Part shown: piece after piece, positions 11,205 through 20,893 of the stretch
Position numbering within the stretch: position 1 is the first letter of the stretch
Layout: every line of letters starts with the position of its first letter
Assembly (NCBI GenBank): GCA_036337435.1
Contig: JAYZEG010000063.1
Span: forward strand, 1 to 64,000
DNA length: 64,000 nt
From: Myxococcota bacterium
GTDB taxonomy: Bacteria > Myxococcota_A > Bradymonadia > UBA7976 > UBA1532
Direction of reading: 5' to 3'
Made by a program: the position numbers and the translations under genes
The notes under the pieces: generated by a model
Seen by the model: the letters and a program-made list of their open reading frames with translations, nothing else
Database searches by the model: none
Told to the model about the DNA's origin: nothing

Positions 11205-14200
11205 GCGCTTCCGTCACCCCTTTGAGCGAGCGGCGTTGTCTGTTCTGCTTACGCTGACTTTTTGGGGTTCAACTGCCCATGCACAGGCGAGCGGTAGCGA
11301 AGATACCAATGGCGCAGGCGCAAGTCCTGTAGAAGCGGGCTCGTCTACCGACGAAAAGACCGAGAAGAAATCAGCGACGGCTGCCAAAACCGTTGAGAAA
11401 ATAACACCTAAGGCGGAGACGGAAGCCGAGAAGGAAAAAGGCAAGGGCGACACGGACGAGTCGGACCCGGAAAAAGGCGCGGCATCTACCGGAACTGGAG
11501 GTGTCGATTCCAAGGACGACGGCAGCACGACATCAAGCATGATTGATGGCGTTGAAGATGCTGTCGCTGCTGCTGCGGCCCGAGCTGAAAAAGAAGGATT
11601 GCCTCCTGAGTTGGTTGAATTGAGCCGTGAAGTTGCAAGCTTTGCAAGTGTTGTTGCTGAATACCGTTCCGATGTGCAGAGATTGGTCGATGCACAATAC
11701 GCTCGGCGCAAGCGCACCATACAAAAACGCTACGAGCGCGTCATATCCGATCTCACAAAGCTAGAACGGGAACGCCGGCTCGAGGCCATAAAACGCTTTG
11801 AGACGTTCTTAGCCAAATATCCGAACAACTCTCAGTACACTCCCGACGCCCTGTTTCGCCTGGCCGAGCTCTATTTTGAAAAATCAAATGATGATTTCCT
11901 AGCGTTAAATGAAGCCTACGAAGAACAGGTTGTCGCGTTCGAAAACGGTGAATTGAAAGTCGAACCCGTTCCGCCGGCGAAGAACTACGAGAAAACAGTT
12001 GCTCTCTTCTCCAAGTTGATTTCCAGTTGGCCAGAGTATCGAAACATCGATGGTGCCTTGTATCTAAAGGGATATTGTTTGTCGGACATGGGTGAAGATA
12101 CCCAGGCAAAAGACACGTTTCAACTCTTGGTCAATCGCTTTCCAAAAAGCAAATTTACTCCTGAAGCATGGACTCGTTTGGGAGAGTTCTACTTCGATTC
12201 GAATCGCCTCAAGGATGCCATTTCTGCCTATCGGCGGGTGCTCGCCTTCGAAGGGCACCATCTCTACGACGAGGCACTCTACAAATTAGCGTGGACCTAC
12301 TTTCGAGACGACCAATATGACGAAGCAATCGCTGGTTTTAGACGCCTGATTGAGTTCAGTGACAAAGAAGCAAAGGCGACGGGTCGAGCGGGGACGGAGT
12401 TGAGAGCTGAGGCGATTCAGTATCTGGCAGTCTCGTTGCAAGAAGAAGATTGGGATGGTGATGGTGAGCGTGACCCGGGTGCTGGATTTCCTCGGGTGAT
12501 GAAGTACGTCAGCGGCACTAAGGAATACGACGTTGAGATTCTGAGGGCTCTCTCAGATATTTTCTTCGAGAATGCAAAGTACGAAGAAGCCATTGCGACC
12601 ATAAATCACTTGCTTAAGCATTTTCCCAATCATCCTGATAATCCGAATTTGCATTCGCGTATGGTGGCCGCCTATGAAAGATTGCAGAAATTCCCTGAAG
12701 CCTTCGCTGAACGCGATAAACTCGCGACTAAATACGGAGCGGGTGGGGAATGGTATCGACGCAATCAGGATAATGCGGAAGCCATTCAAGGTGCTGATGA
12801 ATTGATGCAAGACGCGTTGAGTCAAGCCGCTCAATACCACCATTCGAAGGCACAGCGACATCGGGCGGATATTGCCAAAGGCGTGGCTAACGCGCAGGAG
12901 TTGGCGATGGCGGAATATGCGTTAGCTGCCGAGGCTTATGAGAAGTATTTGGCCCGATTCCCTCGGACGGAAAATGCTTATGATCTCAACTTCTTTTATG
13001 CAGAGTGCTTATACTATTCTGGTAAATTCTTACGAGCAGCGGAGCAGTACTCTCGGGTTAGGGACAGTAAGCTGGGGAAGAAGTACCTGGAACCATCCGG
13101 GTATTATGCCGTGGTTTCCCGACAGATGTCCGTCAGAGACTTAATCGATGCGGGAAAGGTCGTCGCCAAACCCTCCCTCAGCGGCATCGAAAGTGCCAAA
13201 GACATCGATGATTCAGGGGACGGGGTCGACGCCGACAATGATGGCCTAGTCAAAGAAGTCGAGCTAGAACCCATTCCCGAAGAAGTCGTTCGGTTGATTG
13301 AAGCCCGCAATGCCTATATGGAGCTTAAGCTGGTCAGCACCGAGGACAAAAGCCGACGGCCGAGAAACATCTTTAAAATGGCTGAAATCTATTTTGATTT
13401 CAAACATTTCGACAAGGCTCGAAAATGGTTTGCTTTCCTCATTGAGACCTACCCGAAAGAAAAGGTGACCGGTAATGCAGCTAAGCTGATGGTTGAGACA
13501 TACCGGCAGGCAAATGACTGGAAGAAAATGGCCGAATGGGCCGAGAAAATTGCTGCGGCTGGATTGGGCAGAGAGTTTGACGAGGAAATTCGCACACTCA
13601 AAGTGGGTGCGCTTTTCAAAGATGCTGAGCGTTTACAAAAAGCAGGAAAACTAAAGGAAGCAGCGGCTGAGTATCTTCGCCTGGTTGATGAAAATCCGGG
13701 CAATAAGTTTGCCGCTAATGCCCTTAACAATGCAGCGGTCGCTTTCGAAACACTGCGTATGTTTGAGTCGGCCACACGCGCCTACGAACGCATCTACAAA
13801 GAATACCCGAAAAGCGAGTTCGTCGAGGACGCTCTCTTTCGAGTCGGCCTCAATTCTGAGCGTTTCTATGATTTTCAAAAAGCCATCGACACCCATTTGA
13901 AGCTGGTCACGCAGTTTCCGCAATCAGCCAATCGGGCCGATTCGCTTTACAAAGCGTCTGTATTACAGGAACGGACTCAGCAATATCGAAAGGCGGCTGC
14001 TAATTTCGAGCGGTATGCTCAACTTTTTCCGAATCGGAAAGATACCGCGGAGACCTATTTCAGGGCTGGAGACACCTACAGAAAATTAAAAGATACACGA
14101 AACGAAATACGTGTCTATGACCGCTTCGCCCGGGAATACGGCTCCGATCCAGCACAAAATCCTCTGGTTGTCGAAGGCCTCACGCGAATCGCCAAAATTC

Positions 14201-14991
14201 ACGAAGCGCAAGGGAAGAAGAGGCAGGCTGCGCAGACTTGGCAACGTGTCATAGACGAATTCAACAGCCGTGGCATGCAGCCTGCCACCTACGAAGCCAA
14301 TTACCCAGCGGAAGCTTCATTTCGTCTCGTAGAACGAGATTTTGTTGTCTACGAGCGGCTCAAGATCAGCGGCTCAATGAAAAATATGCAACGCACAATC
14401 AAGGACATGATGAGACGTCTCAAAGATTTGGAGCGTCGATATAACGAGGTTCTTCAGTATCGAGCGGACACCTGGAGTATCGCAGCACTTTATCGCCTGG
14501 GTCATATTTATCAGCTGTTTGCCGAAGATTTGTACGATGCGCCGATTCCAGACACTCTGTCCGAAGAAGAGCAGGACGTCTACCGAACCATGTTAGAAGA
14601 CCAGGCCATCCCTATCGAAGATAGTGCTGTAGCCAAGTATGTTTTCGCCATCAAAAAGGCGAGAGAGCTTAAAATCGTGAACGATTGGACAAAACGCATC
14701 TTGACATCGCTCAACAAGTATCGGCCAAGTGAGTACCCGCTCTTTAAGGAAGAGCTCAGGGTCGCTGCTCGCCGGCAATTGACCACGCCTAGAATGATCA
14801 ACTTGACCGAGCCAAAAACAACGGCTGCTGAATCGTCTGGTCCGGCAACGCCGACACAAGACGGTGAGACGTCTGATTCGGGTGCGTCATCAGACGAAGA
14901 CGCGCCAGATTCGTCACCGCCCAGTCCGGGTGCGTCCAATAATCGGAAACAACCCAAAGAACCGGGTGTCAATGAGGAGGAGGAGAAATGA
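11197..14991 (+). CDS. Large periplasmic multi-TPR protein, GltD/AgmU-like
   Basis: Signal peptide ending AHA; many TPRs (DALFRLAELYFE, EAWTRLGEFYFD, EALYKLAWTYF); C-terminal APIP...YRTMLEDQAIPIED...WTKR motif recalled from GltD-type proteins; position upstream of GltE/F-like genes. Confidence 0.78.
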   Translation: MSRRFRHPFERAALSVLLTLTFWGSTAHAQASGSEDTNGAGASPVEAGSSTDEKTEKKSATAAKTVEKITPKAETEAEKEKGKGDTDESDPEKGAASTGTGGVDSKDDGSTTSSMIDGVEDAVAAAAARAEKEGLPPELVELSREVASFASVVAEYRSDVQRLVDAQYARRKRTIQKRYERVISDLTKLERERRLEAIKRFETFLAKYPNNSQYTPDALFRLAELYFEKSNDDFLALNEAYEEQVVAFENGELKVEPVPPAKNYEKTVALFSKLISSWPEYRNIDGALYLKGYCLSDMGEDTQAKDTFQLLVNRFPKSKFTPEAWTRLGEFYFDSNRLKDAISAYRRVLAFEGHHLYDEALYKLAWTYFRDDQYDEAIAGFRRLIEFSDKEAKATGRAGTELRAEAIQYLAVSLQEEDWDGDGERDPGAGFPRVMKYVSGTKEYDVEILRALSDIFFENAKYEEAIATINHLLKHFPNHPDNPNLHSRMVAAYERLQKFPEAFAERDKLATKYGAGGEWYRRNQDNAEAIQGADELMQDALSQAAQYHHSKAQRHRADIAKGVANAQELAMAEYALAAEAYEKYLARFPRTENAYDLNFFYAECLYYSGKFLRAAEQYSRVRDSKLGKKYLEPSGYYAVVSRQMSVRDLIDAGKVVAKPSLSGIESAKDIDDSGDGVDADNDGLVKEVELEPIPEEVVRLIEARNAYMELKLVSTEDKSRRPRNIFKMAEIYFDFKHFDKARKWFAFLIETYPKEKVTGNAAKLMVETYRQANDWKKMAEWAEKIAAAGLGREFDEEIRTLKVGALFKDAERLQKAGKLKEAAAEYLRLVDENPGNKFAANALNNAAVAFETLRMFESATRAYERIYKEYPKSEFVEDALFRVGLNSERFYDFQKAIDTHLKLVTQFPQSANRADSLYKASVLQERTQQYRKAAANFERYAQLFPNRKDTAETYFRAGDTYRKLKDTRNEIRVYDRFAREYGSDPAQNPLVVEGLTRIAKIHEAQGKKRQAAQTWQRVIDEFNSRGMQPATYEANYPAEASFRLVERDFVVYERLKISGSMKNMQRTIKDMMRRLKDLERRYNEVLQYRADTWSIAALYRLGHIYQLFAEDLYDAPIPDTLSEEEQDVYRTMLEDQAIPIEDSAVAKYVFAIKKARELKIVNDWTKRILTSLNKYRPSEYPLFKEELRVAARRQLTTPRMINLTEPKTTAAESSGPATPTQDGETSDSGASSDEDAPDSSPPSPGASNNRKQPKEPGVNEEEEK

Positions 14992-16361
14992 GTCAATCTA
15001 AATTTTTCATCTTCTTTTGCGCGGTTTTGTATCTGGGGTGTGGTGGCCGACCTCAGCCGAAACTCGAAGAACAGCAGAGTCGGGTAGACACATCACAGCA
15101 GGGTGATGTGAAGACAGCTTCGGTTCCTGGTGTTCCAACGTCTGCAGTCCAGCGGCTCACAGCGGATGAGTTGAGACGCTTGCTCGGCGAGGCTCGCCAG
15201 TCGGTTAATGACGGGGATTTGACGAGTGCTGAGGAAAAATTTAAGGAACTGATCTTACAGGCCGTCACACCCACCGAGGACGAGGTGATGGTCTTGGCTG
15301 AAGCGCGCTTTAATCTTGCTGTGCTTGCAGAGTGGCAAGGTGATTACACACGGGCCAAGCGGGACTATGAGGCATCGCTAACCCACGCACCTGAGCTCGG
15401 GGATTCTGTTGTTGCCATTGGCCGCATTATGATTCGAGAAGGTGATGAAGCCGGTGCTGTCAATTACGCATCAGGCCGATTGGCGGCTAAGCCAGACAGT
15501 ATTTCCCTGCGAAACGCTCTGAATAGTCTACGCATCGCCATCGGTCGCGATATCGGTCGGGTTGAGCAAGATTGTAAGGCCATTCTCAGGAAAGATGAGA
15601 CCAATTTACCTGCCATGATCAATCTTGCCGTTGTCTATGCACGGAAAGGTAAGCACGAGCTTGCCATTGCCATCTTAAATAATGCCAATGCCATAGATGA
15701 ATCGAATCCCGAGGTCTTTTGGCGATTAGCGAACTCACATTTGGCGTTGCAAGACAAGATTGATGCCAGGTTGGCTCTTGAAGCCGCTGCAAACCTGCCA
15801 CAGGGAGGCAGCGCGGAGGTCTACAATAATCTCGGCCTCATTTATCATGAAGCTGGTGACTACGGGAATGCTGAGATCCAATTTCGACGCGCACTGGCCA
15901 GATGGCCCGATATGCTGGCAGCTCGAGTAAATCTAGGCAATGCCCTCAAGGGGCAACAACGGTATACGGAGGCTCTCACTGTGTTTAAGCAAGCGGAGAT
16001 GATCCCGGGTGGCCGTTCCACGGTCGCTTATAATATGGGCATCCTATTGCTTGATGGTCAGTTTCCTGATCAGAACCCTATCGAGCGATTAAATCGGTCA
16101 ACCGCGCTCCTGCAGGAGTATCACAAAGCTGAAAAAGATCCGAAGGCAAAAAAACTCGCTCAGACGTATATTAACGAAGCAAAGAAAAGAATCATTGTCG
16201 AACAGAAGCGGGCCGAACAGATGCGCAACAGCCAAAAACAACCTCCGCCCGATAGCGAGCCGTCCGACGGCGACATGGAATCCGATGAGGAAGCCGCCGG
16301 TGAGATGGATGGGGAAATGGAGACAGGCACTGATTCCGATGCGTCGGGTGATGGAGAGTAA
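14988..16361 (+). CDS. TPR lipoprotein, GltE/AglT-like
   Basis: Lipobox YLGC; TPRs (VYNNLGLIY, ARVNLGNALKG); acidic tail; ATGA-coupled to the upstream gene. Confidence 0.78.
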   Translation: MSQSKFFIFFCAVLYLGCGGRPQPKLEEQQSRVDTSQQGDVKTASVPGVPTSAVQRLTADELRRLLGEARQSVNDGDLTSAEEKFKELILQAVTPTEDEVMVLAEARFNLAVLAEWQGDYTRAKRDYEASLTHAPELGDSVVAIGRIMIREGDEAGAVNYASGRLAAKPDSISLRNALNSLRIAIGRDIGRVEQDCKAILRKDETNLPAMINLAVVYARKGKHELAIAILNNANAIDESNPEVFWRLANSHLALQDKIDARLALEAAANLPQGGSAEVYNNLGLIYHEAGDYGNAEIQFRRALARWPDMLAARVNLGNALKGQQRYTEALTVFKQAEMIPGGRSTVAYNMGILLLDGQFPDQNPIERLNRSTALLQEYHKAEKDPKAKKLAQTYINEAKKRIIVEQKRAEQMRNSQKQPPPDSEPSDGDMESDEEAAGEMDGEMETGTDSDASGDGE

Positions 16362-16627
16362 TGATGTACTCCTTAATGCGCCGAGTCCTTTTTATCTTTG
16401 GTGTCGCTGTCTGTATTTGTACGGTAACGCCAGTATTTAGCCAGCCCAGCGCAACTCGCCGGACACCACGAGTAATCGAGATCGATACACTCAAAGTAGA
16501 AGGTCGGATTCAAAAGCCAGAGGCATTTTTCTTTTTGCAACGGAGCCAATTAAACTTCGAGGGACTGGAGCCAAAAAAGAGCTTTCTCCCTTTAATCATA
16601 AAGAGCGTAGACAAACAGCCTTTCTAG
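16361..16627 (+). CDS. Small secreted protein, GltF/CglF-like
   Basis: Signal peptide, then IEIDTLKVEGRIQKPEAFFFLQR...SFLPLIIKSV, matching the GltF-type EG.xQKP motif; 88 aa; follows the GltE-like gene. Confidence 0.72.
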   Translation: MMYSLMRRVLFIFGVAVCICTVTPVFSQPSATRRTPRVIEIDTLKVEGRIQKPEAFFFLQRSQLNFEGLEPKKSFLPLIIKSVDKQPF

Positions 16628-16885
16628 GTACATTATGTCGAGGTGAATACGGGGTAGGAGGCGGATTGAGTGCAAAATCCTGCCCAGCCACAGAAAAGAG
16701 TGGATCCCCGTTTGTTTAGGATGATATTAAAACCGAGCCGTTCTGAGGGAGCGGCCAGCTAAAACTTAACGCTGTCGCAAGATCAGACCAGACAAGGTGG
16801 TCTTGAATCGGAAAAAGGGGTGACGGGAATCGCCCCAGACATTTCCGTGTGACGTAACTTTCCCCCTTATGGAGGACCGCGAGCA

Positions 16886-17536
16886 ATGGACGTTATCGCT
16901 ACATTTTACAAGCAAGGTGGCGCTTGGATGCACCCAATTTTGGCAATGAGCATCATCGGCCTCGGCATTATGATCGAGCGTTTTATCTTTTTGTACTTCA
17001 AGTACAATATTAACGCGTCCGCCTTTATGGCGCAGATTCAAAAGCTGGTCATGGCGAATAACATTGACCGAGCCATAAAGCTTTGTAGCGCAGCACCATC
17101 AGCCGCTCTCCCGCGCGTTATCAAAGCGGGCTTGATGCGCGCTAATAAAGGGCCTGATGAGATCCAGAACGCGGTTGAAGAAGCCACTTTGGAGATTGTA
17201 CCCATCGTAACCAAGCGAACGACCGTTCTGCAGCAGATTGCGAATATTGCAACGCTTCTCGGCCTCCTCGGTACGATTCTCGGTCTTATCGCAGCGTTTG
17301 ACGCTTTGAAGAATCCGAACATCCCCGCCGACCAGAGACAGTCCATGCTCGCCGGTGGTATCGCCATGGCGATGAACACGACGGCCTTTGGTCTTATTGT
17401 GGCGATTCCTTGCTTGGTCGCACAGGTGTTCCTGTCCAGTGTGACGAAGAAGATTATCGACGAAATCGACCAGTACTCAGTCCGACTTGAGAACTTACTT
17501 GTCTCCCGACTACACGGGAACGCAGGCGAGAACTAA
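16886..17536 (+). CDS. aglR: MotA/TolQ/ExbB proton channel subunit (AglR-like)
   Basis: Three TM helices; ATLLGLLGTILGLI and GIAMAMNTTAFGLIVAIP; SD GGAGGA. Confidence 0.88.
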   Translation: MDVIATFYKQGGAWMHPILAMSIIGLGIMIERFIFLYFKYNINASAFMAQIQKLVMANNIDRAIKLCSAAPSAALPRVIKAGLMRANKGPDEIQNAVEEATLEIVPIVTKRTTVLQQIANIATLLGLLGTILGLIAAFDALKNPNIPADQRQSMLAGGIAMAMNTTAFGLIVAIPCLVAQVFLSSVTKKIIDEIDQYSVRLENLLVSRLHGNAGEN

Positions 17537-17634
17537 TCGGACGCTTAGGGTGTCATACTAAAGCGCGTCTTGGTTCTGTAAGGGATGCGCTCGCATGTGG
17601 ACAACAAGTTTGAGAGACTGGAAGAGGGTTAATC

Positions 17635-18303
17635 ATGGCGCGCTCTAGAAAAAAAGGCATTGACGACAAACTTGAGGACCTCAACTTGGTTCCAATCATG
17701 AATTTGGTTGTTTGTTTGATTCCAATGGTTCTTCTGGGAACGGCACTCGTCAAGGTCGGCGTGATCAACGTTAATGCGCCGAATTTCGGAATGGGCAAAA
17801 GCTCCAACGAAAATGAAGATGAGAAAAAGCCCCTCAACTTAACCGTCATGATTGGTGAAAAATCAATCATGATCAAAGCCAGCGTTCCACTCAACGCCAT
17901 CATTAAGCCCACCGACGGCGTTGAGGTGAGCGAGAGTGGAATCACCATAAAAGAAGTTGAGCCATTCCGCATGCATGAGGTGGAAGTAGGAAAGAACGAG
18001 ACGGTGAAAAAACCATTTTACCATTTCAACTTTCCTGTCTTGTATTCTCTCATGGCGCAAATTAAAGACGGCGTGAAAGATCAATACCCGAATGAGACGG
18101 TCATCAAGTTAGCCGTCGATTCAAATATTCCGGTCAAGCACGTCATCGAGGTGATGGATTCGATTCGGTTCCGACTCGAAAAGGACACCTACCTAAAGGA
18201 CGATGAGTTTAAAGAGGCCCGCGTTAAATACGAAGAAGTCGACGGGAAAAGACGCGCCGTTCCTTTGTGGCCGGATGTCATGTTCGCAGCTAAGGCGCAA
18301 TAG
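17635..18303 (+). CDS. ExbD/TolR family subunit (AglQ position); channel Asp replaced by Asn
   Basis: LNLVPIMNLVVCLIP TM; periplasmic YPNETVIKLAVDSNIPVKHVIEVMD. Confidence 0.82.
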   Translation: MARSRKKGIDDKLEDLNLVPIMNLVVCLIPMVLLGTALVKVGVINVNAPNFGMGKSSNENEDEKKPLNLTVMIGEKSIMIKASVPLNAIIKPTDGVEVSESGITIKEVEPFRMHEVEVGKNETVKKPFYHFNFPVLYSLMAQIKDGVKDQYPNETVIKLAVDSNIPVKHVIEVMDSIRFRLEKDTYLKDDEFKEARVKYEEVDGKRRAVPLWPDVMFAAKAQ

Positions 18304-18331
18304 ATTTAACGCACACTGATTGGGAATCGAA

Positions 18332-18955
18332 ATGGCTGAGAAACGAGAAAAGACGCGCGATGAGATTATCGCCGACTGGGTTCAGGGCGAAAAAGCAAAG
18401 CAGCGTGCGGACCGCAAGAAGCGTCGGATGGTCGATAGCGAAGCGACCGTCACCATCAACTCACTGATGGATGCCATGACGATCATCCTCATTTTCTTGT
18501 TGATGAACTACTCGATGGACCCACTTAGAGTGGATTCGAGTAAGGATTTAAAGCTGCCGATTTCTAACACCGAGTTGCTTCCAAAGAAAACCATCGCACT
18601 GACCATCAGTGCCAAATCGATCATCTTGGATGGTGAGCCGGTTTGTGAAGTGAAGAATGGGGCGATAAGCAAAATGGATAAGGGTGGTGATGAAAACTCG
18701 ATGCTCATCCAACCCCTGCTGACAAAACTCCAGGCTGCCGCCGCAAATCAGAAAGAAATTGACACACGAATGAATCAGAAATTCGAGGGCATGATTACGT
18801 TTATCGCCCACGATGACACACCCTACAGTTTGTTGCGGGATGTCATGTACACCGCCACCAATGCGGATTTTAAGAAGTTCAAATTCGCAGTCTCGAAAGG
18901 TGGGCGCCGCGGTTACCATGCGCCCGGTGGCGAAGCCAAGAAGGGCCTCTTTTAG
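18332..18955 (+). CDS. ExbD/TolR family subunit (AglS position)
   Basis: INSLMDAMTIILIFLL TM retaining Asp; DLKLPIS; IAHDDTPYSLLRDVMYTA. Confidence 0.85.
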   Translation: MAEKREKTRDEIIADWVQGEKAKQRADRKKRRMVDSEATVTINSLMDAMTIILIFLLMNYSMDPLRVDSSKDLKLPISNTELLPKKTIALTISAKSIILDGEPVCEVKNGAISKMDKGGDENSMLIQPLLTKLQAAAANQKEIDTRMNQKFEGMITFIAHDDTPYSLLRDVMYTATNADFKKFKFAVSKGGRRGYHAPGGEAKKGLF

Positions 18956-19361
18956 GCGGTGGCTCTCGGCATCACCGGTCTATTGTCAGGGCCGAGCTAA
19001 ACGTGGGTCATTCCAAAAAACACCCTCGTCTAAAAATCTCTTAAAATCATCACGTAATTCAGTGAGATCTGTCATGAGATTGTCGTCAAACATACACAAA
19101 CCATGGGCGCATTCAGTTTTAATCGAATCTATGTTTAATCAGCGCGTTGTTGAACTTGCAACTGACCCCAGGCGGAGCTAGTGTGTCTTTAGTGTTCGGG
19201 CATTCAAGGCGATTGAAGTTGGGAACATCTGGTCTTAATCTGGTGTCACGTCGGGCAAGGATACGAACACATGGTTCGCTGTTCACCGCGCGTGTGGTGG
19301 GTCGCTACAATAATGACAAGGCACGGTTAACCATTGGCCGAATTATGGAAGGACGTTCTGA

Positions 19362-20759
19362 ATGACAGACAGCAGGGATAAAAAGATCCTGCGAATCGGT
19401 CTAATCCAGAACGGAAAGATCGTTGAGGAGCGGCTTTTAAGACGACGCGAGGCGGTGACCATCGGCCAATCTCCGCGTAACACCTTCGTCATCTCATCGA
19501 TAGCGGGCCTGCCTAAGAGCTACAACCTCTTTGAGGTCAAAGCCAGTAATTACCATTTGAATTTTCGACCGGGTATGAACGGCAAAGTCTCCTTTGGCGA
19601 CTCGGTTTACGACTTCAAAACGCTTCGCGAGCAGAAACGGGCAAGGAAGCGTGGTGAAGGGTACGTCGTGGAACTATCTGACCACAGCCGTGGTAAAGTT
19701 GTATTCGGCGACGTCGTGATTCTGTTCCAATTTGTCACACCGCCACCACCGCCGTCGAAGCTGCAATTGCCTGCGTCAATGAAGGGCGGCATTACCCAAC
19801 GTCTGGACTGGCCCTACGTCACGTCGCTGATGGCGAGCTTTGCGCTTCAAGTTTTCAGCCTGACTTACATTGTGACTCAAGACTATCCTGAGCCACCAAA
19901 GAGTTACGATTCCCTTCCGGACAGGTTCATTCAAATGATGGAGGCTCCGAAAAAGAAGCTTCCAGAACCGAAGCCGGAAAAAGACGACGAAAAGAAAAAG
20001 AAAGAAGACGACAAAAAATCAAAGGTGAAAAAACCGAAGGTTAAGAAAACACAAGTCGTCGCAAAAGAGCCACCCAAAGAAAAGCCGAATGAGAACCCGG
20101 AGCAGAAGGCTCGTCGGAAGGCAAAAGAACTTCGCAAGATGCAGAAGGAAGTTAGCAACAAGACGATCCTTAAATTTATCGGTGTAAAGGGAGATGGGGA
20201 AGGCAGCATTCTAGACACTCTGACCGACGGAAGTCCCGATGTGAAAATGGAGGATGCGTTTTCGGGTAATGGTGGTGTGATGCAGGCCACAAAGAAGGGA
20301 ATGGGTCGAGACCGGCGAATTGGGAGCACGAGGGGCAAAGTAAAGGGCATCTCTGCTAAAGACCTAAAGGGAAAGCGCAGCCGCGTTGCGGGCGGAACTA
20401 AAGGGAAAGAGACGAAAATTAGGGGCAAGATTAAGGTGAGGCGTCCGAGTGCTGCATTTGGGACGGGTGTACTCGATTCAGCGTCTATTGCTCGGGTTGT
20501 CAACCGCCGAAAAGGTGCCATCAGAAGCTGTTATGAAAAGCAGCTCAAAAAGAATCCAAAGCTTGCAGGCAGTGTAAAAGTCCAATTCACAATTTTGGAA
20601 AGTGGACGAGTCGGTTCGGCGCGGATCCAGAAAAATACGACAGGCAGTGGCGCGGTCGGATCGTGCATAGCCGGCCGCATCAAACGGTTCAAATTTCCAA
20701 AACCGGACGGTGGTAGCGTAACCGTCGCCTTCCCATTTGTATTCTCACCTGCGAATTAA
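19362..20759 (+). CDS. GltG/PglI-like energy transducer: cytoplasmic domain, TM, Lys/Pro-rich linker, TonB-C-like AgmX/PglI C-terminal domain
   Basis: TM YVTSLMASFALQVFSLTYIV; K/E/P-rich linker; IRSCYEKQLKKNPKLAGSVKVQFTI...CIAGRIKRFKFPKP.GG.V.V.FPFVF. Confidence 0.85.
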   Translation: MTDSRDKKILRIGLIQNGKIVEERLLRRREAVTIGQSPRNTFVISSIAGLPKSYNLFEVKASNYHLNFRPGMNGKVSFGDSVYDFKTLREQKRARKRGEGYVVELSDHSRGKVVFGDVVILFQFVTPPPPPSKLQLPASMKGGITQRLDWPYVTSLMASFALQVFSLTYIVTQDYPEPPKSYDSLPDRFIQMMEAPKKKLPEPKPEKDDEKKKKEDDKKSKVKKPKVKKTQVVAKEPPKEKPNENPEQKARRKAKELRKMQKEVSNKTILKFIGVKGDGEGSILDTLTDGSPDVKMEDAFSGNGGVMQATKKGMGRDRRIGSTRGKVKGISAKDLKGKRSRVAGGTKGKETKIRGKIKVRRPSAAFGTGVLDSASIARVVNRRKGAIRSCYEKQLKKNPKLAGSVKVQFTILESGRVGSARIQKNTTGSGAVGSCIAGRIKRFKFPKPDGGSVTVAFPFVFSPAN

Positions 20760-20893
20760 GTTAAAGATTTAGCCGAGAAAACACAGCAATTGTTCTCGTT
20801 TTCGTATATATATGAGGCGGGCCTGCGCAAGTGGTGTGTGAGAATTTTGACTGGTCAGTGTCCTGTTTGTATATGAGAGTTGGGAGTAGCGTC

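Noticed and set aside
16670..16730. c-di-GMP-I (GEMM) riboswitch suggested by GCAAA...GAAAAGAGTGG
   Set aside because: Spacing and the second stem do not fit the consensus; kept only as a generic structured leader
18956..19361. Small ORFs or ncRNA between the second ExbD gene and the GltG-like gene
   Set aside because: No SD-linked ORF with protein-like features and no convincing structure; probably a promoter region
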